DNA of 61,236 nucleotides, counting the filler, from Platydemus manokwari (Eukaryota), in the NCBI GenBank assembly GCA_037951405.1. It is 5 parts of 5 records of this genome, joined end to end, with 100 filler letters (N's around TTAATTAATTAA, not from the genome) between each part and the next. Parts side by side here need not be neighbours in the genome. Positions count along the whole stretch, not along the records: positions 9,557 to 23,643 come from JBBMOY011536967.1; positions 23,744 to 32,909 come from JBBMOY011289207.1; 3 more parts are not named here. The stretch is one strand, 5' to 3'. Below the pieces are notes generated by a model, which worked only from the letters and a program-made list of their open reading frames with translations, made no database searches and was not told the DNA's origin. Position 1 is the first letter of the stretch; every line of letters begins with the position of its first letter. Of the stretch, positions 12,678 through 25,290 are shown piece by piece. The position numbers were made by a program, and so were the translations under genes.

Positions 12678-13357
12678 TACCGTGTGATTCATAAGTCTTC
12701 ATCTCTAAAACTAAAAAAAACAATAGTAAGAAAAAGCCAAATGTATTGAGTTACTTTAATACACAACAAGACACGATAACAGTAAGTACAAATAACGGTA
12801 AATAATAAGCAATTTCATGTTCATCATCTTGCTTTAAATCTTCTCCATCTTTTCCCAATGCTTGATTAAAAGAATATTTGAAAGGTTTTATTTTTTCTTC
12901 CTTCAGATATCTGTGAACAGAAATGTGTGACGTCATACACAATCGTGCAGTTTTTCGTTGATCTGTGCCATCATTCTGTTTTACAAAATTTACCAACGTT
13001 TCCTTCAAGATTCCATCAGAAGGTCTTCCTGATCGCAACATAATGGATTGGTTTCCAATTTCTTCAGATTTCTGTTTCCAGTATTGCACGGTTGTCCTAG
13101 CTGGTAGTGCACGATTGAAATGTTGTTGAAATTCTTGGCAAGCTTTGGTACTACTCTGGAACACTGCTGCATGGCTAACTAGAAACACTCTACCCGCCAG
13201 CAATTATTTAACATCACCAGCTGCTTCTGTCATATTGTAATAATAACTGATTAATAAGAAATAAGAAATATAGTACATTAATCAGTGAATAATAATTATA
13301 TTGTGTTTTGGTGTTTTATTTTAGTTTTAGAGACGGAGAGTTATGAATCGCACGGTG
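12678..13357 (-). mobile_element. Internally deleted (non-autonomous) Tc1/mariner-superfamily DNA transposon, 680 bp
   Basis: Imperfect ~39-bp TIRs: left TACCGTGTGATTCATAAGTCTTCATCTCTAAAACTAAAA, right (reverse complement) CACCGTGCGATTCATAACTCTCCGTCTCTAAAACTAAAA. TA flanks both ends (12676-77, 13358-59). Encloses a transposase N-terminus. Confidence 0.88.
12751..13233 (-). pseudogene. Truncated transposase: DUF4817-like paired HTH region, DDD/E core deleted
   Basis: MTEAAGDVK*LLAGRVFLV...FQQHF...P.RTTV..W..K...G......RSGRP...RKTAR...SH.SVHRYLK...KPFK. In-frame stop at codon 10; no catalytic domain. Confidence 0.8.
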
Positions 13358-14560
13358 TATATTTATATAATTATTTTATTATTTTCTCTATATAAAGAAT
13401 TTCTAAGCAAGAAGAAATAAAATATCAATTTTAAAAATATCAATGTATTATCAGCAGTTTCAATATTATAACACTAAAAGAATAGAAAAACGGAAAACAC
13501 TGTATAAGTTGTGGTTTTTTGGGTTCTGTACCTGATACAAATAATGCCAAAAATTTAAAATTGTAATATAGTTAATAAAGTCAACACAGTTATTTTATTA
13601 GAAATTTCAAGCTTTGCAGACTAAATTAATCGTTTTGAGTTTATGTATTATTATAGAATTATCAATGCTCCTGATTGAATTAGTGCTTACAATTAGCATT
13701 TATCTCAGCAATTTATTAATATTAAATAAATGTTTCTAAATAATCTAGTTTACTTCAGTGATTTCTACTTTGATTGAAATTCAAAGTAAAAGATTTGTTT
13801 TCATTCAATCTTATATTGAAGCCTATTTACAAACTTTGGTCCCAAAGATTTATATTTACAAAAACATTCTGATTTTCGTTGCTTTCTAACAGCAAAATAT
13901 AAACGGCTTCTAAAAACATACGAGGCAAACAAATCAAAGTTCTACGATGAACAAGTAAATCACACTAGGCTTTGTCTTCGACAACCTAGAGATATAAATT
14001 GTAACTTAATACAATAAAAACAATAATTTATATAAAATATTTATTTGATGACAAAACGATAGTTAACTTTAACATGAATAAATAAATTGATTGACAACTC
14101 GGATTTTCAATTAATAATTCAAGCGGAGGTTTCAAATGGAATAAACGAATTCATATTGTAATTTAGAGATAATATTTTGAATTTATGACTTGTTCATGCT
14201 AAGAATTACTAAATATTAAAATAATTAACTGGCTTCTGTGTTGTAAAATTATATAAATGACCTTTTCTTCTATTATTACTAACTTTATATAATATAAATT
14301 CTTGTTAGTGATAGCTTTATAGTTTTTATTAATCGCCTTATTGATTAATACTTATTAATTAATTGTTATAAAATCTTCAAGATTTTGTTAGTACCTCTTT
14401 TTAAATGATGTTGAATTCATTAATATTCTACTACTTCCTGCGAAAATGATCAACTCTAAAATAATAATAATCCTGGACCAGTTTACTAAGCACTTGTCAA
14501 ATTTAGATTCGCACATGTGTAGCATTTTGCGTTGAAAATACATGTCAACCATGTTGTTAT

Positions 14561-15488
14561 TGTAAATTTTATGCTACTTTTGTAAATGACGTTTATTTTA
14601 AAATTATTTATTATTTTTTTATTTTCCTGCTTTTTAAAGGAACAATTTATTTTTTTTTAATATTTCCTGCTTTCTTTTGTTGTATTTTATTATTTATTTA
14701 TTTTATTCTTTATTTAACATATCACTTAAAAACACAGATATATAATAATCACAAATAAATTATTTATCGGTGTTGTTGAGTAATTATAAAAATTATTGTT
14801 CGTAAAAATGAAAAGAGATAAATTTTCAAATAATTTGAAATAAAAGTTTCGTATTTTGTCATTATTATTAGTGAAAAAGTCAAGAAAACCATGACAGAAT
14901 CGATTAACGCAGATTCGCAAGCGTAAGTAACAAATCCCAATCAGATCCTTTCTATATATCAATCCATATATAGTGCTAGATAATCAATTATCACACTCCA
15001 GAAACAGGCAACAAACAATGAGATACGACAATGGCAGGAGAGATACAAGAAAATTTGCTAATAAACCGACATATGAACTACCCTTTGGAATGAAAAGTAA
15101 AGTACTAGGACATCAAGTGAACACACACTGACTATATAAAAGGAATTGGATCTCGTGAGAATTTGCCAATCTTACTTGGTCGGTAACTATGATCTCACGT
15201 TACTTTTATGTGATTTTCTAAGAACCAGCCTTTGTCGTAGTTTTATTTGTCGCTATTTAACTTTCGGTGCTGATCTAGCTATCTATTGATTATTGATTTC
15301 GGACCGTGATTGTTTGACTAAATAGATTTTATAATATTAGTAATATATTTATTATTATATTTAGTGTATAACAGGTGTACGACTATAATAAGATTATAAT
15401 AAGTACTTCTAATAAATAGATTTGTTAAGCGATCAGATCCTCGATTTGACTTAATTATGTTCGGAACTTGTCCGTTTTTGCTTTTACA
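14561..15488 (+). mobile_element. Candidate solo LTR
   Basis: TGTAA...TTACA ends; GC-richer core with CCAATCAG (~14936) and TATATAAAAG (~15134). No clean TSD seen. Confidence 0.35.
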
Positions 15489-18400
15489 TAAACCGAAACT
15501 TATTTTTATACTAGTATATATATCTTTAAAATAATTAACTAAATTTTTCACTTTGGATATGATAGAGAAACAAAGTCAGATCTATAAACATGGCAACAAT
15601 GTTTGGTTAAATTATTAAGTTTGATGATTAGCTGGCCAACTGAAATTGATGGTCCTAATACGTTTATATCATTTATTACAAAACTGAATGATAGTCATAT
15701 GATTAAGGTTGGAGTACAGTTGTACTTCTTTTATTTTTGAGGTGTTAAAAGATGTTAAAAAGTTGTCATTGAACAGCTTATGATTTTCGATGTTGTTGAG
15801 ACGCAAGACAATTAAAAGAAAAAATATCTACAGGTAAAAGGTATAGATGAAGCTTTGTTGATCTATTTTGTACATATTATACTTTCAACTAAACGATTCT
15901 TAGAAAATATAATTTAAAAATATATAGCATTTATTGATAAATAGCGAAAAGATTTGATCCGATCTGGTAACTCAATCATAATGTTTGGAAGTGAGCCATT
16001 ATAGTGACAAAGTGAATCACGTGAATCAATGGAAGCATGAGAGTAAAGAATAGATAAATAAAAATAAAATTGGGCCCACTTCCATTTCCCATACAAATAT
16101 CTCTCATTATATAAGCTAAATACCACTAGAAACAGAAATATAATTATTTTGTATTATTAATTTATTTCTAAAACAGTGGTTTAGAAATTTTTTGTCGTGA
16201 ATCAAAGAACATAATCAAAATTAAAATCAATTTATGAGAATAAACAATTTCTATTTAGTAAATACAAAGATAAAGAAAAAATAAGATAACGTCATGAATA
16301 AAATAAATCATTTTTTATACAAAAAATCATTGGAACAAAATAATTCACTGGAAATTAGATATAAAAACAGTACATATACTAACAACAAAGCAGAACTTGC
16401 CGCTCACAAAAACTTACACAAAAAATTTTCCAACGCTTATTCTACATCGAGAAGAAAAAACAGAAGCACTTTACATTTTAGACTTTTGTTAGGTATATAC
16501 TAACTCTAAATATTCAAATTTATTATTGTAAATCATAACTATGCACTTTAAAATTAAATCAACAATGTTGACACTCTAAATCACAAAGTCAATCAACAAA
16601 TAACAGCGGGATCAGCACCCAAAAAATAAGACAGGTACGGAAATTTAAGACTATAAAAGAGTGGTCGTCAAAATGATCATATAAAGAATCAAGACAAAGT
16701 TTACCTATATGGAAACTGTTCTCGAGATAAAACTCCTTTTATAAACTTGTAATGTATGCTTAACAGCTGTATGCAGCTTTGCTCCTTATTCGTCACAATC
16801 AGCTGAAAACAATCTTGTTGACAGATTCTACACTCATGTCATTACTGAAACTCTATGTTCTTTACTCGCTGGTGTATACCGATTGACGATAGAATTTTAT
16901 TTATGGTTTGACACTTTGGAAGCATCTGATCGGCTACTGGCACGTGCTCTCATAGTTTTAAGGGTTATTCTGTAGTATCGGCAGATATTTTAATTGTCCA
17001 TATCATTCTCTATTTTTTCATATTTTTATTGATAGTCATAGTCATTACTTTGTATCAATTGTAGTCAAATCTATATTATTTAAATGTCTCAGTGAATAAG
17101 TTTTAAGGTGCAAATAAATACTTGAATAGACTGATATTAACAAACAAACTCACGCTCTTGACTATTTGATATAAATTTGAAATAATAGAAACCCAACGAT
17201 GAATTCCTACGAAGTTGTTAATAGGAAAACATTTACTGGGTGAGTAACAATACCAGAATTTCTTTCCGGTAAGGAGTCTTAGAAAGATAATTTTTGACAC
17301 ACCTTAAATAAAAAATCTTAAATACGATGAATTTGTTTTCGTCCTTTTCTTTACAAATAGTATAATAAAAATAGTTAATATTTATTGGAGATATTTATCA
17401 TTAAAATTTAGAAGTCAAATAATTGGCACTGTTCAGTTTGACAGTCATATTAATAAGTTTAATTACTTAACGGAAACTCAATTCACTTTATAAGACTAAA
17501 AATAACTAATTAATATTGATGAATTTTTTGTTTAATGAAATAGCACATTAATTTGAATAGTTAAGAAATAAAAACTTCATTAAAATTATTTACTTAAACA
17601 AAATTAGTCTATATTCGAAATTCAAAAAAATTTTCCGTTTTTGTTAGAATAAATTGAAAAATTAAAATCAAAACATTTAATTTATTTCAAAACACGTGTC
17701 ACCACCAAGCATCGACAGAACCATGCAATTTTCAATATTAAAAATCAATTGGAATTTATCGAAAGAAAATTCCCAATAATTATTAATTTATTGATATTAT
17801 TCGGTATCGTTTAAAATTATTATCGATTTGTCATCAGTAATATTAATAATCGATACCAATATTAAAATTAAAATAAAAATATTTTTAGATATCTGATAAA
17901 TTTATTCAAAAAATATCTTTGTTTAATTCTTTATTTATCTTCAGCCTAGAGAATGATGTTTACATAAATCAAGAAATAAATAAGATTTAATTAGTCTATT
18001 ATTGAAAGTCAAATAATTGATCTAAATTTACACACTAAATATAAATTCAGTTTTAAACAAACAAAATGTCCAATCTTGAAAAATTATGACCATGCTTTAC
18101 CATTACCATTTTGCATCTGAATATTTCGCTTTCTGACATCATTACTATTTGATTCCTAAAAACAATTTATCATCAATATTTATTTTTGATAATAATAATT
18201 ATTATTAAAATCCATAACGATAACAAGGGTTCGACTTTGAATTTTTGAACATTTTGTTTTCTTTAATATTAATTTAGATTTCATAGTTTGTCATTCATTC
18301 AGTATCGATGCCTTACATTTATAATATTAAATCATGCCCATTGAATGTTTTATATGGAGCTAGAAAGTGAAAAACAATGCGATATGTTCAAACTAAAGAT

Positions 18401-19659
18401 CATTGCAGACCATTTAACAATCTCAGAAAAGTATTTCTAGATTGACCAAGTTTGTAATTATATTAAACTTTATAACCAATAATAATATTGAATGATCGTG
18501 ATACAGATGTTCCAGTTACAATTTCGATTCTCATTTACAGACTAATAAAATAATGCAATATTTATCCTCTTTAAGAATGTTGCTAAAGTCTGGAGTAACC
18601 ACCTTGCACATTATCATCATGACCACAATCTATTTTATATTAATAACGATTTCACACCTTTAAAAACATCAAGACATCATTAAATTCATATTTATTGATA
18701 ATTTTTTCAACAGTAAAAATTAAATATCTTTTGGCACAAAATATTAAATTTAAAATGAAAGTTTTAATTTCGAAATCTTCGTTTGATAATATTGTTGAAT
18801 CTTTAAACGGAAAAATCAGCATTTTATGCAATCTCTTATTATAATAACATTTTAGAATTGAATAGAATTATAAAGTCACTTTAGACTAATATTAATATTT
18901 CACAATTAATTTTCCAAAACAATTTAAGATGCTCTTAGTCGTAATAAGATGACAAAATAATATGAATTCTCAATCATTACAAAAGAAGACAAGTGTTGTT
19001 TTAAAATAAAAATAATTAAATTTCGTAAAATATCTTGTGGAAAACTCATGATAGAAACAGAACCAGATATTTGATGAACGAATATAAATGGTTATAAACA
19101 AGATAAGTGATTCATTAAATGATTGGAGGATAGCCGAATGTTATAATAATAACACGATTCGTTGGTATAACTAATAAAATATAACAAGAAATATTTTTTT
19201 TTCATTTATCTTGAATAATCTCACCTGATTGTGGTGATGCAAATAATATAATGAAATGATTGATGAAAGTCTAAATTATTCTCTAGCCGACAATTTTATA
19301 AATACAATAATCATTTTAATTGAAATATTTAAGCGAATAACACATCATTATTAAAAATAACAACCCCTCGAAGACTGGATGTTATTTTTTAATCAAATAA
19401 ATAAAAATATATGAAAATGAGATAATATAATATATAATATATTGTCATCACATCACCGTCACCACCACTATCACATGTGTAGATATGTGATATTTATCAT
19501 TAATTGTTCATTAGAAATCATATCTTTCAATGGACAATTTTAGCAAGGAATATGTTTATCTTTAAAAATTATTATTTGATATGAAATGAAATATTCGAAG
19601 CCATTAAATCAAATAGTATATCATTGGGCAATCATATCATTAAATGATAAATATTACAA

Positions 19660-22369
19660 ATGATCAATGAACATGTTCAAGGAGGAGCAACAATGATGAT
19701 AATAATAAGATCTATTTAGCATTTATTTCACACATAATCCATCATAATAATAATTCATAATAATAATCATCAATATTGAAACATTTATTATTTGATGACC
19801 GATTGGTGTGAATATCTTTCAAACACACACACACACACATGGCAGCTAAAATATAATCAATCAGTAAATATATTATTAAATATACGACAATGATGATTAT
19901 ATACCAATATATAATACGGATTTAATAATGGCTGAATAATTGATGGCAAAACATAAATCAATAAATCGATCAATATAATTGAAATAAATTAAAGTAAATA
20001 AATACAATGAAACAATAATATTCACCTGTGTTTGGAAATTGTTAGGATAATGATTGAAAGAATTCGAGTTGATGGAGTTGCTTATAAACATTTGAGAGTG
20101 ATTATGTGACGCTACGGATGGTGGAGAAATGTAGACAGGATAATTAAAAGGAATTGGTTTTGAAATGTTATTGTTATGATTTGGTGCAATGCTTGTCATA
20201 TTTTTGATATTGGTTTTGGAAAAATCATTTTTCATTGCAATATCTTCCGATATGTCACCGCTACCATTTTTCTTGTATCGTGGAAATGATCGATTTTGAT
20301 TGAGCTGTCGAAGAGCTGAATGGAAATAATATATTGATATAATTGATTCCATTAAATTGCACACACACACACATACCCAGCATTTGTTTATTTGCCAATT
20401 CATCATTTTGAAGAGATTCATCATAATAAACAGTTTGTTGTTGTGGTGGAATATTGTATGGCGATGATAATGGAGCCATTGGAGGGCTAAGAGCACTTGT
20501 AGGAACAGGACTGTTGACAGTCATGTACAAACCATTCTAAATATGAGATTTGATTATTAAAAAAGGAATTCGTGTAAATATATGTAATAACCATCATCAT
20601 ATTCTGTACCAAATAAATTGTAGATTTTACGTGATTGGTTTGATGAGGATATCCAAGAGATGGTGAATGATTTAAAAATAGATCTTGTGTTTTTACATTG
20701 CTACCGATTTCTTTTGGAGTCATTGTTGAATTAAATGATTTGATTGATGAAAGATTACTGTTACAATTAGGAAGATTTGTTGGTGGTGGTTGTTGTGGTG
20801 GTGGCGGATGTTGATGAATATTCGTATATGAATAATCGGCAACATCATTTAATTTAATATTGAGCTCAGCTGATTTGACATTATTGCTTAAATTTGAATG
20901 GTTTTTCATGGGGAAATTATTCTGGATGAAATATTGGTGATTGGGAGTGAAAATATCGGGAGAAAATGAGGTATTTGGTTGACTATTGGAAAGCTTTTGG
21001 GGAGGTCCAACTTTGATGATTGAATTATCTTCCATGTCAACAAATTTTGATTCATGATTGATGAGCTTGTTTGTTGACACTGAATTGAAAGACAAATCGG
21101 TCTTTCGTAAATCTTCAATAAAATTTGTGTCACCAAATTTGAATTTCGGCAACGAGTGGGTTTTGATAGTCTTGTTTATTATTTGAACTGGTGCAACCAA
21201 TGAACATGTAACCTTTGGCGGTGGTTTCGTAGTACAATGAGTTTTAAATACTATTGATAAATCATCTTCTTGATCTTTCTTCTCACAAACGTTTATTGAT
21301 GAATTACTAATTAAATATTGATATCAAGAAAGAACGAGAAATAATGCAAAAATAATCAATACTTAAATGAAAAATTCCAACAAAAAACAAATTTGTAACT
21401 TAATGATTTTAAATATTTTAATTGAAAATTATTAAAAACTCCGAGATTAATTATATTTCTAAAATAGAAGGCATAATTATGACATAATTATAACATAAAG
21501 TGATGTCAATAAAATCGATATTAATTTCAAGGACTCAATTTGTTTAATAACATTATAATATTAATTTATACCTTTCGCTTTCAGCATTTTTATTAGTCTT
21601 AAGCATCATTATAACTTTAAGAGGCATAGGAGCATAATTAGAATTTTCGATTATAATTGATTTCTCATTCCATTTCCCGTTAATTACAAAATCTAAATTA
21701 TCATAATTAAAGAATAAATTCGTTATATCTATTTCCTAAACTTATTTCTGGTTTAATGTTCATTTTTTGATGTTGATCATGAATAATATAATTGGAACTC
21801 GATCGCTTAGGTAGATTATAATTTTTAAATGTCTTTCCAAAAGCACTGAAATCTTTCTTTGTCTGATTAGCAGATTTTTTGTCACAATTCTCCGAATCTT
21901 TCTATATTATTAATAGGTAACAAAATAAATTCTAAATTTGAACTGACTTCTGAATTTATATCTTGTGTAATTTGTGTTTTTTCTTTAATGGTTTCTGGAT
22001 TTTTTTCAAAATCTTTTTCTTTTGGTAATATCTTCTTCTGTTTGGCTTTCTTTGTCTTCCATTCACCTTCATTTGTTACTTCAGGAGTTAGAATTTTATT
22101 AATAGCATATTCAACGTTATAATTGCAATCATGGAGAGTAATTATACCAAATTCTTCATTACAATTTGTAACTTCACGAACCTTATTAATTTTTGAAATA
22201 TGTAATTCATTATAAAATAAATGCTAACTTGTTTTAATTTAAGATTAAGTTCATCTTCACTTAGTTTTCTTCTGACCAAATCTGTAAAACCAAAATAATC
22301 TAAGCTATCACAACTTTTATTCATACTCATAGATAATTGTAAATTAAAATTGATATCTTTTATTGACAT
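19660..22369 (-). CDS. UBAP2L: UBAP2/UBAP2L (lingerer)-like protein, multi-exon; 3' end approximate
   Basis: Splicing out 22228-22182 (47 nt GT-AG) gives KLKQVREVTNCNEEFGIITLHDCNYNVEYAINKIL...EW...KK, matching the UBAP2L/lingerer UBA domain (KVKQL..ITG...IALHDCN.DV.RAIN.LL...W). Downstream are N/S/P/Q low-complexity exons, FKFGD, VYYDESLQ and PLLNPY motifs. A second intron spans 21947-21902. Confidence 0.75.
19823..19838. repeat. (CA)n microsatellite
   Basis: ACACACACACACACAC run. Confidence 0.8.
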
Positions 22370-23643
22370 TCAACAATTAAAAATGTACTTAAGTAAAACA
22401 AGTTTGGGAAAATTTAAAACAATATAAAGGTTTTTAATTCAATTTAAACTTTATTTATTAATCGATTAATTATTTCTGTAATACACCCCTTTAATATAAT
22501 TTTCAGGACACTACAATTTATTTAGAACCATTTATTGAGTTTAAGGTATTTTTAATTTGGGATAATTTTTTATTTTTTAAAAAAATATAAAAATGTTCTT
22601 ACGAAGCACATACTGTACAAAGGTGACAAATAGCATCATGATTCATAAAGTTATGAATAAATGTTTCTGACTTAGAAATTAAATTAAGTTAAAATTAATA
22701 TTCACATTTGGAAATTGAATTAGCAAACAGAACAAAACAATACTTATTGAAATAAGTCTTTAGACAATTTTATTTCATTGAATCAACCTAATAATGTACT
22801 GATGATATCTTTAAAAAATACTTGTCTGTATGATAACAACATAGTTTTCTTATTCAAATTTTATTTTCTAATTTAAGTAACTATTAAAAGTATCCGTTTT
22901 TTGCCTTAAAATATATTCCAGGAAATTGTTTTATTAAAAATATTCCCTGTAAAGAAAGACAAAATTTTAAGCTTTCTCAAAGGTGGATATAGTTTAAGCA
23001 ACTTAAAGCCACAATTTTTGCCAGTTTCAGATTTTATTGTTTATTATGATTGGTTTATTATGTACAAAGATGATCTGCATTTTTGTTACATTTTTATGTA
23101 TATCTATCTGTATGGCGGTTTTGATGAATTAAAAGTTTGCTTTATTATTGTTCATGTTAACCTTTTATGTTCTTTATTATCAAGAATGTCTTTGCTTGTC
23201 TTAAACTCTAAATAGATTCTAAGTGATTGGTGCCTTGCTTTAATTTTCTTCTCTGAAACCTTTTATCTGTGAAGAAAATATGGTCAACGCATCATGAGAT
23301 TTACTATCAGTCTATGATCGGCTAAAAGTGAAATTGGAAAATATATCCAAAATTCATATATCATAATAACAAATGTTACCTAGATAATCTTCGAACAGTA
23401 CCAGAATACTTAGAGAATTTATTAACATATTTCAAGATATATTCCTAAAATTGCTTCTATACACAAACGTGTATTCAGTTATATGAAGCAAATCACTGAG
23501 CCCTATCAAGATGTCTGTTTGTCCCCTCAACACTGAAAGATATAAGAGGAAGAAGACAAGATAAGACAAATCTTTTATTTTTGTCAGTTATACTCATATG
23601 TATCATGTTAATGATTCATTATCATCATACTGAACATCATACA

Positions 23644-23743
23644 NNNNNNNNNNNNNNNNNNNNNNNNNNNNNNNNNNNNNNNNNNNNTTAATTAATTAAN
23701 NNNNNNNNNNNNNNNNNNNNNNNNNNNNNNNNNNNNNNNNNNN
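23644..23743. other. Artificial contig linker N44-TTAATTAATTAA-N44
   Basis: Identical 100-nt spacer. Confidence 0.97.
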
Positions 23744-24769
23744 TCAAGAGTTATTTTCAATAAAAAACTTTATAAATACTAATATGCATTGTTCTTTTAC
23801 AGAAATGAATCAATAAATAATCTGTTATTTTTATTAGAAATCAATAGCGCTAACTTATTAAATCCCGTTAAAAACATTCAGTTCAAATAGCCTGTCCGAG
23901 ACTAAATATATTATAAATAAAAATATGAATAAAAATTATAATTTTTTAACATTGCACACACCAAATACGGGTTTCTGAAATCCCATAAATCAATAACAAT
24001 AATAAATTATTTAAAACAAATAGAATATTATTCCATGAAGTATGAATGAACGATATCGATGAAATGGAATATTTAATTTATGATCTTGTGTATCGTTCGA
24101 AATTCACAAACCATACCAGATATTATCTGGAATTAATAATTGTATTCCAACACTGATTGGCTCCACGATTAAAGTGTGAAGTAAATGAAAATATCAACTC
24201 ACCGAATTCTGACAGCTGATGCATTCTTAATTACGAATACCGATTGTATCTTCAATATTGCTTTAAATAAGCAGCCTTGTAATTCATTAAAGATTATTAC
24301 TGGACAGTGGATAATTTTACATTTTTAGTTGCCTAAGAATGGAGGTTTTGTTTGATAATACTGAGAGGACAGAGAAATCGATAGAAAAAGTATTTGAATT
24401 ATAACGAATAAATTTGAGACATGAAAAATTGGTTTTTATTCTTTTAAATTTTACAGTTCAACACAAAACGAATTGATTTGAAATTGTATTAATATTATTG
24501 TTCTCTTCTTTCAAGCCAAATCGTCCCTCAACAATCTGGTAACGATTTGTTTTGTTTTAATAACGTGAAATATCACTGTCAACGATGAGTTGCATATTAT
24601 CATTCGAGATTTACATTGAGCTATTGTTAATAAAAGAGAAAAATAACGACATAATAATGTGTGATGAAAAACATTTCTAAAAATCACTATCTCAATCCCA
24701 TGAAAGAATTCATCAACATTGCAAGCCTCTACGATTTTATTAAACAAGCTTTGGAAACTAACTTAAAAG

Positions 24770-25290
24770 TCGAGACACCAAATTATATTTTAGTTAAAAT
24801 TATAAAAATAAATAAATATAATTTTATATAAAATTTGAATTAAACTTTATAAAGTTTAATTCATCTAAAAGTTCTTACATCAGCCTTTCTTTGTATTCTC
24901 AATTGATATTGTATCAATTACTATCATGTTTATCTATCTCTAACTCTTCTATCTTGTTGATTTCTTTTTTTGTATCGCCTTTATATGTTCTTTAAATCAT
25001 CTTTATTTCCTCTTTTTATATTCTCTATACAGTCTCAACATATTCCTCCATCTTTCCACGATTTTCAGTCATTGACGTTCTCAGAACAGAATCCAAATGC
25101 GTGGGCGCCATCGATGCCATTACTATTTTATAAAATGCACAATGAAAACAAACTGAAAAGACTCGACACAAGATTATGTATTTCAATCGAATTATTTAAA
25201 CAAATTAATATAATTTTGTATTTTATATATTTTTTACATTTTTTATATTTATTTTATATTAACTTTTGTACATTGACACTACAAAGTTGT
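24770..25290. repeat. Second, diverged copy of the dispersed repeat at 4072-4690
   Basis: Shares GACACCAAATT, a pyrimidine-rich core, TCTCAGAA..AATCCAAATGCG and GCC.TTACTATTTTATAAA. Confidence 0.5.
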
